Under the pieces are notes generated by a model. The model was not told the origin of the DNA, did no database searches, and saw only the letters and a list, made by a program, of their open reading frames with translations. The translations under genes were made by a program, and so were the position numbers. DNA of 61,392 nt, the filler included, from Eubacteriales bacterium (lineage in GTDB: Bacteria > Bacillota > Clostridia > Oscillospirales > CAG-382): assembly GCA_045636665.1 (NCBI GenBank). It is 4 parts of 4 records of this genome, joined end to end, with 100 filler letters (N's around TTAATTAATTAA, not from the genome) between each part and the next. Parts side by side here need not be neighbours in the genome. Positions count along the whole stretch, not along the records: positions 27,545 to 59,521 come from JAZTXY010000123.1; 3 more parts are not named here. One strand, 5' to 3'. Below, piece by piece: positions 30,485 to 40,070 of the stretch (within the stretch, counting starts at the first letter, position 1; each line of letters begins with the position of its first letter).

Positions 30485-31386
30485 ATTAATATACCCTCAC
30501 TTTGTTCCAGATTTTCGCGTTCCATTCTGCGCGCAATTTCGTTCATAACCGTTTTTTTATCCGCACTCCAAAGCGGTGCGACAAGGAATTTTTTCGGTGC
30601 GTCGCCCGTGATGCGGTGAACAACTATATTCTTTGGCAGACGGCGGATGCAGTCGAAAAGAATATCGACGTATTCATCGAACGACAAGACCGAAAACCGA
30701 CCGTTTTCATAATCCTCGCAAAGGTCGGTCCCCTTAAGCACGTGAAGAAGCTGTAATTTTATCCCCTTTGTGCCGCATTTTACCGCAAAATCGACGGTTT
30801 CAAGCATATCGTGCTTCGTTTCGTCGGGAAGCCCCAAAATAACGTGGGTGATTACCTCGATTCCGACGGAATTAAGCGAACGCACGGCTTTTTCATAAAT
30901 TTCGTTTTTATAGCAACGGCGGATATTCAAAGCGGTTTTTTCGTTTGCGGTCTGCAACCCCAATTCCACCCAAATCGGCTTTTGTTTGTTAAGCTCGGCA
31001 AGTAAATTTATCACCTCGCCTTGCAGACAGTCGGGGCGTGTCGCAATCGAAAGCGCAACGATATCGTCGCGCGCGATAACCTGTGAAAAAACGCTTTTAA
31101 GCTGCTCTGTCGGCGCATAGGTGTTTGTGTAGCTTTGAAAATAGGCGATAAATTTTTTCGCCTTGGTCTTTTTCAAAACCAATTCCTTTGCGCGTTCGAT
31201 TTGTTCGTTTATATCCTGTCCGGTTGATGCAAAATGCGAGCTTCCCGCAAGGCAAAAGCTGCATCCGCGTGTGTCGAGCGTTCCGTCGCGGTTGGGGCAG
31301 GTAAAGCCCAAATCGAGCGACAGCTTATAAACCTTTTCGCCGAATTTTTCCTTTAAATAATCGTTAAGTGAATAATATCTTGCCAT
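30481..31386 (-). CDS. TIGR01212-type (YhcC/YtqA) radical SAM protein
   Basis: GFTCPNRDG...GCSFC, AYFQSYTNTY, TRPDC, VELGLQT and HRITGD. Confidence 0.92.
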   Translation of the reverse strand: MARYYSLNDYLKEKFGEKVYKLSLDLGFTCPNRDGTLDTRGCSFCLAGSSHFASTGQDINEQIERAKELVLKKTKAKKFIAYFQSYTNTYAPTEQLKSVFSQVIARDDIVALSIATRPDCLQGEVINLLAELNKQKPIWVELGLQTANEKTALNIRRCYKNEIYEKAVRSLNSVGIEVITHVILGLPDETKHDMLETVDFAVKCGTKGIKLQLLHVLKGTDLCEDYENGRFSVLSFDEYVDILFDCIRRLPKNIVVHRITGDAPKKFLVAPLWSADKKTVMNEIARRMERENLEQSEGILI

Positions 31387-31522
31387 AAAAACTACCTCAT
31401 AACGGCATTATATCAAAAAAACAAACGATAATCAAGAAAATCGTTGACTCTGCTTTTGTAATTTGATAAAATCGAAGAAAGGTTAGTTTTTTCGCACAAA
31501 CGGCGAAGCAAGGAGATAAATT

Positions 31523-32386
31523 ATGCTTAAAATTTCTACCGAAATAAAATCCGCATCCAAATTGGTCGGCGAAAGAAAGGCGATTGAGCTTATTGCAAAG
31601 GCAGGCTTTGACGCTTGGGACTTTTCGATGTTCTCGATGATACATTACGATTGGAAGACTCGCGTCGGCACGTTGACCGATCATCCGCTTGGCGGAGCAG
31701 GTGCTTATAAGTTCGCGCGTGAGCTTAAGGACATCGGCGAAAGCTTTGGTATCGTTTGCAATCAATCCCACGCGCCGCATCCGACCTATTGCAAGGAAAT
31801 TGCCGATAATTACGAAAGATGCATTGAGCTTACAGCCGAAGCGGGCGGAAAAATTTGTATCATCCACCCCGATAACTATAAGCCTGCCGAGGCAAATGCC
31901 GAGATTTTCAACCGTCTGTTGCCTATCGCAAAGGGCTGTGGTGTGAAAATTGCGACCGAAAATATGTGGAATTGGAGCGAGGAAACAAAATCTGCCGCTC
32001 CTGCCGCGTGCAGTGACCCGAAAAGCTTTTTGGATCACTTGACGGCTGTAAACGACGAATACTTGGTTGCCTGCCTCGATATCGGACACTCCGAAATGCA
32101 AGGCCTTAACACAAGCGCACCCGAAATGATCGACGCGCTGGGCGCTCATCTTCAAGCGCTTCATATCCACGATAACGATAAAAAGGGCGACTGCCATGCG
32201 ATTCCCTTTTCGATGAGCATCGATTTCGATGCGGTGGCAAAAGCGTTAAAGCGCAACAATTATCAAGGCTACCTCACTCTCGAGGCGGTCAACCACCTTT
32301 ATAACTACGACGCAAGCAATCTCTTTATCGGTATAAAAGAGCTTGCCGACTCGGCAAAGAAGCTTGCTTGTATGATCGAGGAATAA
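31523..32386 (+). CDS. Sugar phosphate isomerase/epimerase (AP endonuclease 2 TIM barrel)
   Basis: QSHAP, IHP, IATEN, CLDIGH, LHIHDN..D.H.IP and LTLE. Confidence 0.9.
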   Translation: MLKISTEIKSASKLVGERKAIELIAKAGFDAWDFSMFSMIHYDWKTRVGTLTDHPLGGAGAYKFARELKDIGESFGIVCNQSHAPHPTYCKEIADNYERCIELTAEAGGKICIIHPDNYKPAEANAEIFNRLLPIAKGCGVKIATENMWNWSEETKSAAPAACSDPKSFLDHLTAVNDEYLVACLDIGHSEMQGLNTSAPEMIDALGAHLQALHIHDNDKKGDCHAIPFSMSIDFDAVAKALKRNNYQGYLTLEAVNHLYNYDASNLFIGIKELADSAKKLACMIEE

Positions 32387-32403
32387 AACAATACGATTTA
32401 ACA

Positions 32404-32438
32404 AAAAACTCTCTGCGATAACGGGCAGAGAGTTTTTT
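32404..32438. terminator. Bidirectional terminator
   Basis: AAAAACTCTCTGC...GCAGAGAGTTTTT. Confidence 0.8.
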
Positions 32439-32440
32439 AC

Positions 32441-32641
32441 TTATTTGCGTGCAGGTTTTACATTGGAGGCAGGGCGAATAATGCCATCAATCGAGCCGTT
32501 GGCATCTTCAAACGCTTTGATGCTCTGTCTTATCAAAACAAGCACTTGACTGTTCACACTTCTGCCTTCGTAGTCCGCGATATAGGAAAGCTTATTTAAC
32601 ATTTCCTCTTCAATTCTAATAGAAACGCTCTTAATAGCCAT
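32441..32641 (-). CDS. Arc/ribbon-helix-helix DNA-binding protein
   Basis: SVSIRIEEEML.KL.YIADYEGRSVNSQV. Confidence 0.85.
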   Translation of the reverse strand: MAIKSVSIRIEEEMLNKLSYIADYEGRSVNSQVLVLIRQSIKAFEDANGSIDGIIRPASNVKPARK

Positions 32642-32741
32642 ACAATTACTCCGAAATAAATATATTGTATATTTATTTTAGATGTATTATGTGCTATAAT
32701 GTTGCAAACGGATATACTGTATATCTATAAAATTTGAGGAG

Positions 32742-33269
32742 ATGATTATTATACTACCCGAAAAAGTGTTCAACACCTGTTGTTTCTTTGGGAATAGGAC
32801 AATAAACGAAACCGAAGAGCTGAGGATTAAATTGACCCAGACTGTTGAGAGATTGATTACCGATGAAAAAGTGGATACTTTTTTGTTTGGCAGCAAAAGC
32901 CGTTTTGACAGTATATGTTTGGAGGAAGTGTCAAAAATAAAAGAAAAATACCCACACATAAAACGAATTTACGTCAGAGCGGAATATCCTGTCATCAACG
33001 ATGACTATAGAGCGTTTTTATTGGAAGCTTACGATGATACCTATTACCCCGAAAATATAATTGGGTCTGGTAAAGCCGTTTACGTCGAGCGTAATTATGA
33101 AATGATAAACAACAGCCGTTTCTGTATAGTATATTTCGATGAATCAAACCTTCCTTCTTCGCGAAAAAGCGGAACAAAAATCGCTCTTGATTATGCCGTC
33201 AAGCAGGGAAAAGAGATAATTACCTTTTCCGCACGAAAAACGCAAAATTTTACAAAGTCCGTTTTATAG
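32742..33269 (+). CDS. SLOG-superfamily (YspA/DUF1273-like) protein
   Basis: CCFFGNR, FLFG...FD, RNYEMINNS.FCIVY and SGT..AL.YA.K.GK. Confidence 0.75.
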   Translation: MIIILPEKVFNTCCFFGNRTINETEELRIKLTQTVERLITDEKVDTFLFGSKSRFDSICLEEVSKIKEKYPHIKRIYVRAEYPVINDDYRAFLLEAYDDTYYPENIIGSGKAVYVERNYEMINNSRFCIVYFDESNLPSSRKSGTKIALDYAVKQGKEIITFSARKTQNFTKSVL

Positions 33270-33321
33270 TACAATTCTTGCGTTATAATCAACTCGCAAC
33301 GAAAAAAGCGGAGGTTTTGTT

Positions 33322-33459
33322 ATGGACGATTATCACGCATTTAAAAGCACAAGCACAAGCGGAGGCGGAGGCGGAGGAGGATGCTTCCCGTGGAAGACCT
33401 TGGCAATAATAACGGTAATTTACATAGTGATGATATTGCTTGGAAAGTGCTCGGGGTGA
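33322..33459 (+). CDS. 45-aa small membrane protein with a poly-Gly linker (below the ORF-track cutoff)
   Basis: GGAGG RBS 7 nt before ATG; MDDYHAFKSTSTSGGGGGGGCFPWKTLAIITVIYIVMILLGKCSG. Confidence 0.65.
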   Translation: MDDYHAFKSTSTSGGGGGGGCFPWKTLAIITVIYIVMILLGKCSG

Positions 33460-33541
33460 TTTTCAATAACCGTTTTTTGCTTCTTGACAAATTTTTGCGT
33501 ATATAATAAAATGTACACATAAAGTTACGGAGGAAAATAAA

Positions 33542-34138
33542 ATGAATTACATTATTCGCGTTGAAAAGGAAATCGATTTTTCCCGTGCCGAAAAGGCGAT
33601 GATTTCTACCTACAAATGGACCGAGGGCTACACTCCCGAAGCGTTTGCAGAGCTTATTTACGTTGAAGACAAGGGCTTTGCGCTTCGTATGACCGCAAAG
33701 GAATCGAACCCGTTGGCTGTGAACACCGAATATAATCAGCCTGTTTACGAGGACAGCTGTCTTGAATTTTTCGTAAGATTCAACCCCGATGACCCCAAAT
33801 ATATGAACTTTGAAATGAACTCCAACGGCGCTTTTCTTTCGGCAGTGCGCGTTGACCGTTCGAACAAAACACCCATTCACACGCTTGCCCAGCTTCCCGT
33901 TGTAAAGGCAACCAAGAGCGAAACCGAATGGACTGTCGAAGCATTCTTCACACTCGATTTTATCGGCAAGACCTTCGGCAAGACCGAATTTAGCCGCGGC
34001 GAGGTATTAAAGGGTAACTTTTACAAGTGCGGCGACAAGACCGAAATTCCTCACTTCGGTATGTGGTCGCCCATCGACAGCGAAAAGCCCAACTTCCACC
34101 AACCCCAATTCTTTGGTGAAATGGAGATAGAAAAATGA
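33542..34138 (+). CDS. Carbohydrate-binding family 9-like (DOMON-like) protein
   Basis: VYEDSCLEFF, YMNFEMNSNG, GNFYKCGD...PHF..WSP and PNFHQP.FFG. Confidence 0.88.
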   Translation: MNYIIRVEKEIDFSRAEKAMISTYKWTEGYTPEAFAELIYVEDKGFALRMTAKESNPLAVNTEYNQPVYEDSCLEFFVRFNPDDPKYMNFEMNSNGAFLSAVRVDRSNKTPIHTLAQLPVVKATKSETEWTVEAFFTLDFIGKTFGKTEFSRGEVLKGNFYKCGDKTEIPHFGMWSPIDSEKPNFHQPQFFGEMEIEK

Positions 34139-35295
34139 AAAAATTGATTGCGTCGCTTCTTGTTCTCGCAACCGTTTTCACACTTATTTCAATGTTCCCC
34201 GCAAGTCACGCGCAGGCAAAAACCGAATTACCCGCCATTAAATGGATCGTTACGGGTATGACGGTTGAATCGGCGCGCGAAACCTCGCCTGCCGTTTTAG
34301 AAGTCAAGCGCGATTCCAAAGCTCTTGACCAAGCCGAAGCTATTGCTACGGGCGATACAATCGTTACCGCAAACGGTGAATATACCGCTTGGGTGCTTGG
34401 CGACGTTGCCGAAACCGGCAAGGCAGACGCATATTCCTATATCCTTATCAAGCGTATTTGTATGAACACCTATGAGTTTGACGAAAAGGAAGCGTTTTGC
34501 GCCGACATAAATCAAGACGGCAATGTTGACACCTATGACTATATTCTCGAAAAGCGTATTTGTATGAATAACTATTCGCTTCCGATTCCCGAAAACAGCA
34601 CAGGCGTTCCGATATTGCTTTACCACCACATTCTCGCCGATGCGGAGAAAAATACCGACCAATGGAGAAACAACGATATAACCATTGCGACGGGCGAATT
34701 CCGCAGACATATGAATATGCTCAAGGATAACGGCTTTAACGTCGCTACCGTGGAAGAGGTCGTTGCCTATGTGCGCGGCGAAATGCTTTTGCCGAAAAAA
34801 AGCATAGTTCTTTGCTTCGATGACGGTTATAAGTCCAACACCTATTACGCCGCACCGATTTTGCGTGAATTCGGCTATAAGGCGACCGTATTTTCGATAA
34901 TGAGCTTTTTCGACGGTCAGTATCAGGAAAAGTATGACGTTTCTTCGCTTCAGCACGTCACAAGAAAAGACCTTGAGGCATATACAGACGTTTTTGACCA
35001 ACAATGCCATACTTGGGCAAACCACAACAAATTATCGCAGCAAAGCTACAATCAGGTTTATAACGACCTTATGCTTTCGCAAAATTGCGAAAAATATAAA
35101 TATTTCGCATATCCTTACGGCGATTACGACACAGAAGTAATCAATGCAGTTAAGGCGGCGGGCTTCCTTGCGGCGGTCACCACCGAGGAGCGCAATGCCG
35201 TACCCGGCGACAAAATTTATGAAATTCCGCGTTATACCGTCACTTCTCCGATGAGTGATAGCGACTATCTTAAATTAATCGGCAAAGCAGGATAA
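34135..35295 (+). CDS. Secreted dockerin + polysaccharide deacetylase (NodB/CE4, IcaB/PgaB-like)
   Basis: Signal peptide; loops DVAETGKADAYSYILIKR / DINQDGNVDTYDYILEKR; VPILLYHH, CFDDGY, HT..H, FAYPYG and IPR. Confidence 0.88.
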   Translation: MKKLIASLLVLATVFTLISMFPASHAQAKTELPAIKWIVTGMTVESARETSPAVLEVKRDSKALDQAEAIATGDTIVTANGEYTAWVLGDVAETGKADAYSYILIKRICMNTYEFDEKEAFCADINQDGNVDTYDYILEKRICMNNYSLPIPENSTGVPILLYHHILADAEKNTDQWRNNDITIATGEFRRHMNMLKDNGFNVATVEEVVAYVRGEMLLPKKSIVLCFDDGYKSNTYYAAPILREFGYKATVFSIMSFFDGQYQEKYDVSSLQHVTRKDLEAYTDVFDQQCHTWANHNKLSQQSYNQVYNDLMLSQNCEKYKYFAYPYGDYDTEVINAVKAAGFLAAVTTEERNAVPGDKIYEIPRYTVTSPMSDSDYLKLIGKAG

Positions 35296-35298
35296 AAC

Positions 35299-35326
35299 AA
35301 AAGACCACCTTCACGGGTGGTCTTTT
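35299..35326. terminator. Bidirectional terminator
   Basis: AAAAGACCACC-TTCACG-GGTGGTCTTTT. Confidence 0.8.
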
Positions 35327-35337
35327 TGTTTTTTTAC

Positions 35338-35424
35338 TTAACCGCAGCAGCAAAGAATAATAACCGCGATAAGAATGATAATCCAGCAATTGTTGTTGCC
35401 GAAGAACGAATCAAAGCAGCCCAT
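35338..35424 (-). CDS. 28-aa Cys-rich hydrophobic peptide, probable sporulation/spore-coat small protein
   Basis: GGGAGG RBS; MGCFDSFFGNNNCWIIILIAVIILCCCG; followed by the terminator at 35299. Confidence 0.7.
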   Translation of the reverse strand: MGCFDSFFGNNNCWIIILIAVIILCCCG

Positions 35425-35448
35425 TGCAATGCCTCCCTTCACTACTTT

Positions 35449-35478
35449 AAGATTATGAGGGTTGGGCGATTTGTGTGC
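35449..35478 (-). promoter_or_regulatory. Mother-cell sigmaK/sigmaE-like promoter
   Basis: Minus strand GCACAC...CATAATCTT (AC-17 nt-CATAnnnT). Confidence 0.5.
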
Positions 35479-35494
35479 AAAATCTGCTTTTGCT

Positions 35495-37132
35495 TTATGA
35501 CTTGATAAAGTTATAAAAATACTTGTGATATTTAAGAATCATATCGCGCTCGTTATCGAAAATAAGCGGAAGCGCAACCAAAACGGTAATCAGACACAAA
35601 ACGATGACCGCGGTATAAAGCGCGACGTAAAAGCCCGAGCCCTTTCTTGCTCTGCTTACCGCAGAAAGAAGCAAATAAGCGCCGAGTATCGTAAGCACGA
35701 ACATAATATCCGCCGAATATCGCAAATGCACACCGCCGAAGCAAAGGTCGAACACCGCCATAAATACTACGCAAAGGAAAGCGATAATTGCCGCAATAAA
35801 CTTGCGCTTGTTTTCCTTCCAAAGCACCGCGACTGCACCAACGCCCCAAGTGATCGGGAAGTACGCCGAGCCGACCGAATGGCTTATATAAACGACGCGC
35901 TGAACGTCATAGCTTTCAAGCCTTGCCGCGCTTGGATGCAAAAACGGGAATTTTCCGTCGAAAGCAGGCGATTGGAAAAAGAAATGATGAAGCGCGGGGA
36001 ACGCCAAAGCTCCGCTTAACGAATAGGTCGAGGTGTCGGCAAGCGTTAGCTGATAATTTGCGCCGAAATCAAAGGGCGAGCCGAATCTTGCCGCGTTATA
36101 AGCCATTATCAATCCGCCGAGCGCAAGCATCGGCACGCAAAACGCAGCAACGTCGGTAATTAAGCTTTTCGTACCGTACGGGCGGTTTTTGATAATCGAG
36201 AAAAGCAAGGGGAACGCAATAAGAATGTAAATTACAAGATTGGGACGCGAAGCGACCGTTGCGGCAACACAAACACCCGCAATCGCAAAATTGATCTTGC
36301 GCTTCCAACCGTCGTTACACTCATCCGCCTTTAAAACGTAAAGGAAAAACGCACAAACGGCGCATATTCCCGAAAGCACCGCAAGGTGGTAAAAGTTTGC
36401 GTTGACCTCGGTCGTCCACAAAAGCGCGCCGAAGGGAAGCGTCAATCCGCAAACAAGAACGAGCAAAAACGGAGGCTTGTTTTTCATTCGTTTGCAAAGC
36501 GCAATTAAAAGCTTTAACATTAAAACTGCGGCTATTGCCGTCATTATCGCCGCCGCAAGCGCATCCGAAAGCACGTGCCCCGTAAGGAAATAGGCAGGAT
36601 AATAAAGAAAAATCACGGGCGCGATGCCGAAATAGGAATAAAGCTTGCCGTCAAAAAAGGCTCTGTCCCAGATAACTCCATAGGTTTCGCCGGTCGCTTT
36701 TCTGCGCGCGGCGGTGTCATAGGGATTTTCAAGCCTTTCAAGTATGCTTAAATCGTAATCCGTATCGATATTAAGCTGTCCCTTCTGAAAAGCATCGAAC
36801 ATTTGCGGATAGCATCCGTAATCGTCAACACTGCCCTTTAACGGATAATCGTGCAGCCATTCCTTTTCGATGCTGACCGTACAGAGAAAGAACGAAAAAA
36901 GAATCAAAAGCGCCATAGCCGCGGCAAAAACCGCCTTTTGAAAGCGAGAATCGGGATTGAAATCCTCACGGTGTGCGCCGTTTTTGTAAATATAAGCGCC
37001 GACTATCGCAATCGCAATCGTTGTAAGGCGCAAAAAGATATTTTCGGTAAAATAATAGGCAAGGAAAAAGGGAAGGCATATAAAAATTAAGGGCAACAAA
37101 AACCGAGTTAATAATGCAACGCTTTTTTTCAT
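35495..37132 (-). CDS. Polytopic membrane protein, GT-C-fold glycosyltransferase-like
   Basis: Many TMs, large loop ENPYD...WD.AFFDGKLYSYFG, SRP, YN.ARFGSPFDFG.NYQLT and RY..D. Confidence 0.65.
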   Translation of the reverse strand: MKKSVALLTRFLLPLIFICLPFFLAYYFTENIFLRLTTIAIAIVGAYIYKNGAHREDFNPDSRFQKAVFAAAMALLILFSFFLCTVSIEKEWLHDYPLKGSVDDYGCYPQMFDAFQKGQLNIDTDYDLSILERLENPYDTAARRKATGETYGVIWDRAFFDGKLYSYFGIAPVIFLYYPAYFLTGHVLSDALAAAIMTAIAAVLMLKLLIALCKRMKNKPPFLLVLVCGLTLPFGALLWTTEVNANFYHLAVLSGICAVCAFFLYVLKADECNDGWKRKINFAIAGVCVAATVASRPNLVIYILIAFPLLFSIIKNRPYGTKSLITDVAAFCVPMLALGGLIMAYNAARFGSPFDFGANYQLTLADTSTYSLSGALAFPALHHFFFQSPAFDGKFPFLHPSAARLESYDVQRVVYISHSVGSAYFPITWGVGAVAVLWKENKRKFIAAIIAFLCVVFMAVFDLCFGGVHLRYSADIMFVLTILGAYLLLSAVSRARKGSGFYVALYTAVIVLCLITVLVALPLIFDNERDMILKYHKYFYNFIKS

Positions 37133-37968
37133 TCCTTTTCCTCTCTTCCCAAAATGTTACGCTCGTAATAGAATAAATACTGCTGTGCAACGCCTGCATA
37201 TTCGCCAAAGCTGACGGGGTCGAAGCTTTCGCCGTAATATTTGTTGATAACGCGCTTCACCCAAACGTCAACGGGAAACGCATTTAGATATCCGAACCCG
37301 AACAAAAGCACGCAGTTTGCAACCTTGTCGCCAACGCCCTTTATCTTCTTAAGCTCGTTTAATGCTTCAAGATATCCGCAATTTTGGATATATTCAAGCG
37401 AAATCTCGCCGCTTGCCACCTTTTGCGCCGCATCGACGATATATTTCGTGCGGAAGCCCGCCTTTATCGGCGCAAGTCCTTCGATACCTGCGCTCACAAT
37501 GCTTTCGGGTGTCGGAAACGAATATGAGCCGTTAACCCGATCTCCAAGCAATTCGCAAAGCGCTTCGATAATTTTTTTAATACGCGGAATGTTGTTGTTT
37601 GCCGAAATGATAAAGGAAATCAGCGTTTCGAAAGCATCCTGACGGAAAATGCGTATTCCGCTTCCGATTTTCGCCGCGCGCGCAATATTTCCGTCGCTTG
37701 AATAGCCCTTTATTATTTCGCCGTAATTTCGCTCCAAATCGAAATACCGAACGAACTTACCGATGAATTCTTCTTCGGTTATATCGAGAAAAAGCCAATT
37801 TTCGTCCTGCTTCCTTATCGTAAGCGAACGATTTTGAGCAAAAATTACATATTCACTTTCATTGATTTTGTTAAAGCGAAAGCATTGACCGCATTCGCAC
37901 GAAACAAAAGGGTCGAAATTTTCACATTCGCTTAAAAGCAGATGATTTTCTATCTTTGTAAATTTCAT
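37129..37968 (-). CDS. 8-oxoguanine DNA glycosylase (OGG1-like HhH-GPD)
   Basis: ECGQCFR, QDAFETLISFIISANNNIPRI, KGVGDKVA.C, FPVDVWV and AGVAQQYLF. Confidence 0.92.
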   Translation of the reverse strand: MKFTKIENHLLLSECENFDPFVSCECGQCFRFNKINESEYVIFAQNRSLTIRKQDENWLFLDITEEEFIGKFVRYFDLERNYGEIIKGYSSDGNIARAAKIGSGIRIFRQDAFETLISFIISANNNIPRIKKIIEALCELLGDRVNGSYSFPTPESIVSAGIEGLAPIKAGFRTKYIVDAAQKVASGEISLEYIQNCGYLEALNELKKIKGVGDKVANCVLLFGFGYLNAFPVDVWVKRVINKYYGESFDPVSFGEYAGVAQQYLFYYERNILGREEKE

Positions 37969-38038
37969 AAGTATTGCTCTTGTAATTTATAAAAAATTAA
38001 TGTAGAATAAGTGTATCAACCGTAAGGAGTTAAAGATT

Positions 38039-38740
38039 TTGAGAGAGCATATTTATACAATACCCGTAACCGAGGCGTTTTCCGACCATAAAGACCATTG
38101 CCCGTTTTGTGCACTTGCCGAAAAGTTAGAGCGTGACGAGCTTGACCTTATTCTCGGCGCATCAATGATGGAGCCCGAAATAAGACGGGAAACCAACGAG
38201 CACGGATTTTGCTCGCGCCATTTCCGCAAAATGTTCGGAATGAAAAACCGCTTGGGCCTTGCGCTTATGCTTGAAAGCCATCTTGAATCGCTTAAAAAAG
38301 AGGTTAAAACCGGAACCATCTTCTCGCGCGATATTGCGGCGAAAAGCGTTGACCGTATCGAAAAGCTTTCAAAAACCTGCTACGTTTGCTTCCGTATCGA
38401 GGATAAGATATCCAAAATGTTTACAACCGCGGCTTACCTTTACAACGAGGAAAAGGATTTCCGCGAAAACTTCAAAGAGGTTAAATATTTCTGTCTGCCG
38501 CACTACCGCGCATATATGCTTGCCGCAAAAAAGGCTTTGGGCAAGGAGGAATATGCCGAATTGGTGCGCGCCGCAAACGGCAAGGTGACCGATTATCTCG
38601 ATTCGCTTAAGGACGATATTTCGCTTTTCTGCAAAAAGTTCGATTACCGCTTCGACGACCTTCCTTGGGGTGAATCGAAGGATTCGGTTGAGCGCTCAAT
38701 TAAGTTCCTGACCGGCGAAGAAACCTTTAATATCAAATAA
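38039..38740 (+). CDS. Conserved hypothetical protein with duplicated CxxC/FCxxH motifs (DUF6062-like)
   Basis: YTIPV.EAF, CPFC, GFCSRH, CYVC, FCLPH and KFDYR. Confidence 0.8.
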   Translation: MREHIYTIPVTEAFSDHKDHCPFCALAEKLERDELDLILGASMMEPEIRRETNEHGFCSRHFRKMFGMKNRLGLALMLESHLESLKKEVKTGTIFSRDIAAKSVDRIEKLSKTCYVCFRIEDKISKMFTTAAYLYNEEKDFRENFKEVKYFCLPHYRAYMLAAKKALGKEEYAELVRAANGKVTDYLDSLKDDISLFCKKFDYRFDDLPWGESKDSVERSIKFLTGEETFNIK

Positions 38741-38792
38741 AAATTTTCACGCTTCCTTTGCTATCAAAAGGAAGCGTTTTTTATTGCTTTTA

Positions 38793-38971
38793 AGTGTATA
38801 AAATTAAGAATTATACATCGGCACAGTTTACATAATTATGAACGATTTTGTGGTTATGAACCCGACTTTTCCACTTTATCCACATACTTTTCCACCATCA
38901 AAAGGCGAAAAATGCTTGATTTTGGTAGAATCGCCGTGGAGAAATCCACAATCTCCACAGAGTTTTCCACA
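38793..38971. promoter_or_regulatory. DnaA-box cluster
   Basis: TTATCCACA at 38876 and TTTTCCACA at 38963, plus about 7 near matches between convergent genes. Confidence 0.75.
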
Positions 38972-39056
38972 CAAGTCATAAAACATTATGTAACATACAT
39001 TACGGGTAAACCGAATGAAAAACGGCAAAATTTTGCCGTTTTTTTACCCCGAAAAA

Positions 39057-40070
39057 TCACACGCCCTTGGTTGCGAAGGCATTCAAATCGGTATCGCCGC
39101 GAACACCCTTTAAATACTCGAAATAACCCTGCGACGCTATCATCGCGGCATTATCTCCGCACAGCTTAAGAGGGGGAAGATAAAGCTTTGCGCCGAATTT
39201 TTCGGCAGTTTCGGCAACCGCCTTGCGAAGATGCGAATTTGCCGCAACACCGCCTGCAAGCACGATGTTCATCGCGCCTTCGTTTTTAAGCAACAGCTCA
39301 AGACGGGTGTTTATCGTTTTAATAAGCGCTTCGGTAAAGGATGCCGCAACGTCGGCCTTGAATTCCTCGTCCATAACACGTCCGCGCTGTGTTGTTTCCT
39401 GATGTACCATATTGATAACGGCGGTCTTTAAGCCCGAAAAGGTAAAATCGTATTCAGCGCCGTCGACACTGCCTGCGGTGAATTTGTATTTATGCTTATC
39501 GCCGACGGATGCAAGTCTGTCCATTGCCGCGCCGCCGGGATAGGGAAGACCGAGCACACGCGCGCATTTGTCAAACGCTTCGCCCGCGGCATCATCTCTT
39601 GCACAGCCGATAAGCGAATATTCGGTATAATCGTTGACGCGCATAAGCGAGGTATGTCCGCCCGAAACGACAAGCGAAACAAAGGGCGGCTTTAACTCCT
39701 CGTGAACAAGATAGTTTGCCGCAACGTGTCCGCGGATGTGGTGTACGGGTACAAGCGGCTTGCCGGTCGAAAACGCCAAGCCCTTTGCAAACGAAAGCCC
39801 CGTAAGCAACGCGCCTATAAGACCGGGCGCATTGGTGACCGCAATCGCATCAATATCGTCCATTGTAAGATTTGCTTCCGAAAGCGCGCTTTCAACAACA
39901 CCGCAAATTGCTTCGGTGTGTGCGCGCGAAGCGATTTCGGGGACAACACCGCCATAGACCGCATGAATGTCGATTTGCGATGCGACCACGCTTGATAATA
40001 ATTTTCTGCCGTCCTCAACGACCGCTGCAGCGGTTTCGTCGCAGGAGGATTCAATTCCAAGAATTTTCAT
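39057..40070 (-). CDS. tsaD: tRNA N6-threonylcarbamoyladenosine transferase TsaD
   Basis: LGIESSCDET, GGVVPEIASRAH, HHIRGH, VSGGHT, GEAFDK, FSGLKT, GGVAAN and DNAAMIA. Confidence 0.97.
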   Translation of the reverse strand: MKILGIESSCDETAAAVVEDGRKLLSSVVASQIDIHAVYGGVVPEIASRAHTEAICGVVESALSEANLTMDDIDAIAVTNAPGLIGALLTGLSFAKGLAFSTGKPLVPVHHIRGHVAANYLVHEELKPPFVSLVVSGGHTSLMRVNDYTEYSLIGCARDDAAGEAFDKCARVLGLPYPGGAAMDRLASVGDKHKYKFTAGSVDGAEYDFTFSGLKTAVINMVHQETTQRGRVMDEEFKADVAASFTEALIKTINTRLELLLKNEGAMNIVLAGGVAANSHLRKAVAETAEKFGAKLYLPPLKLCGDNAAMIASQGYFEYLKGVRGDTDLNAFATKGV

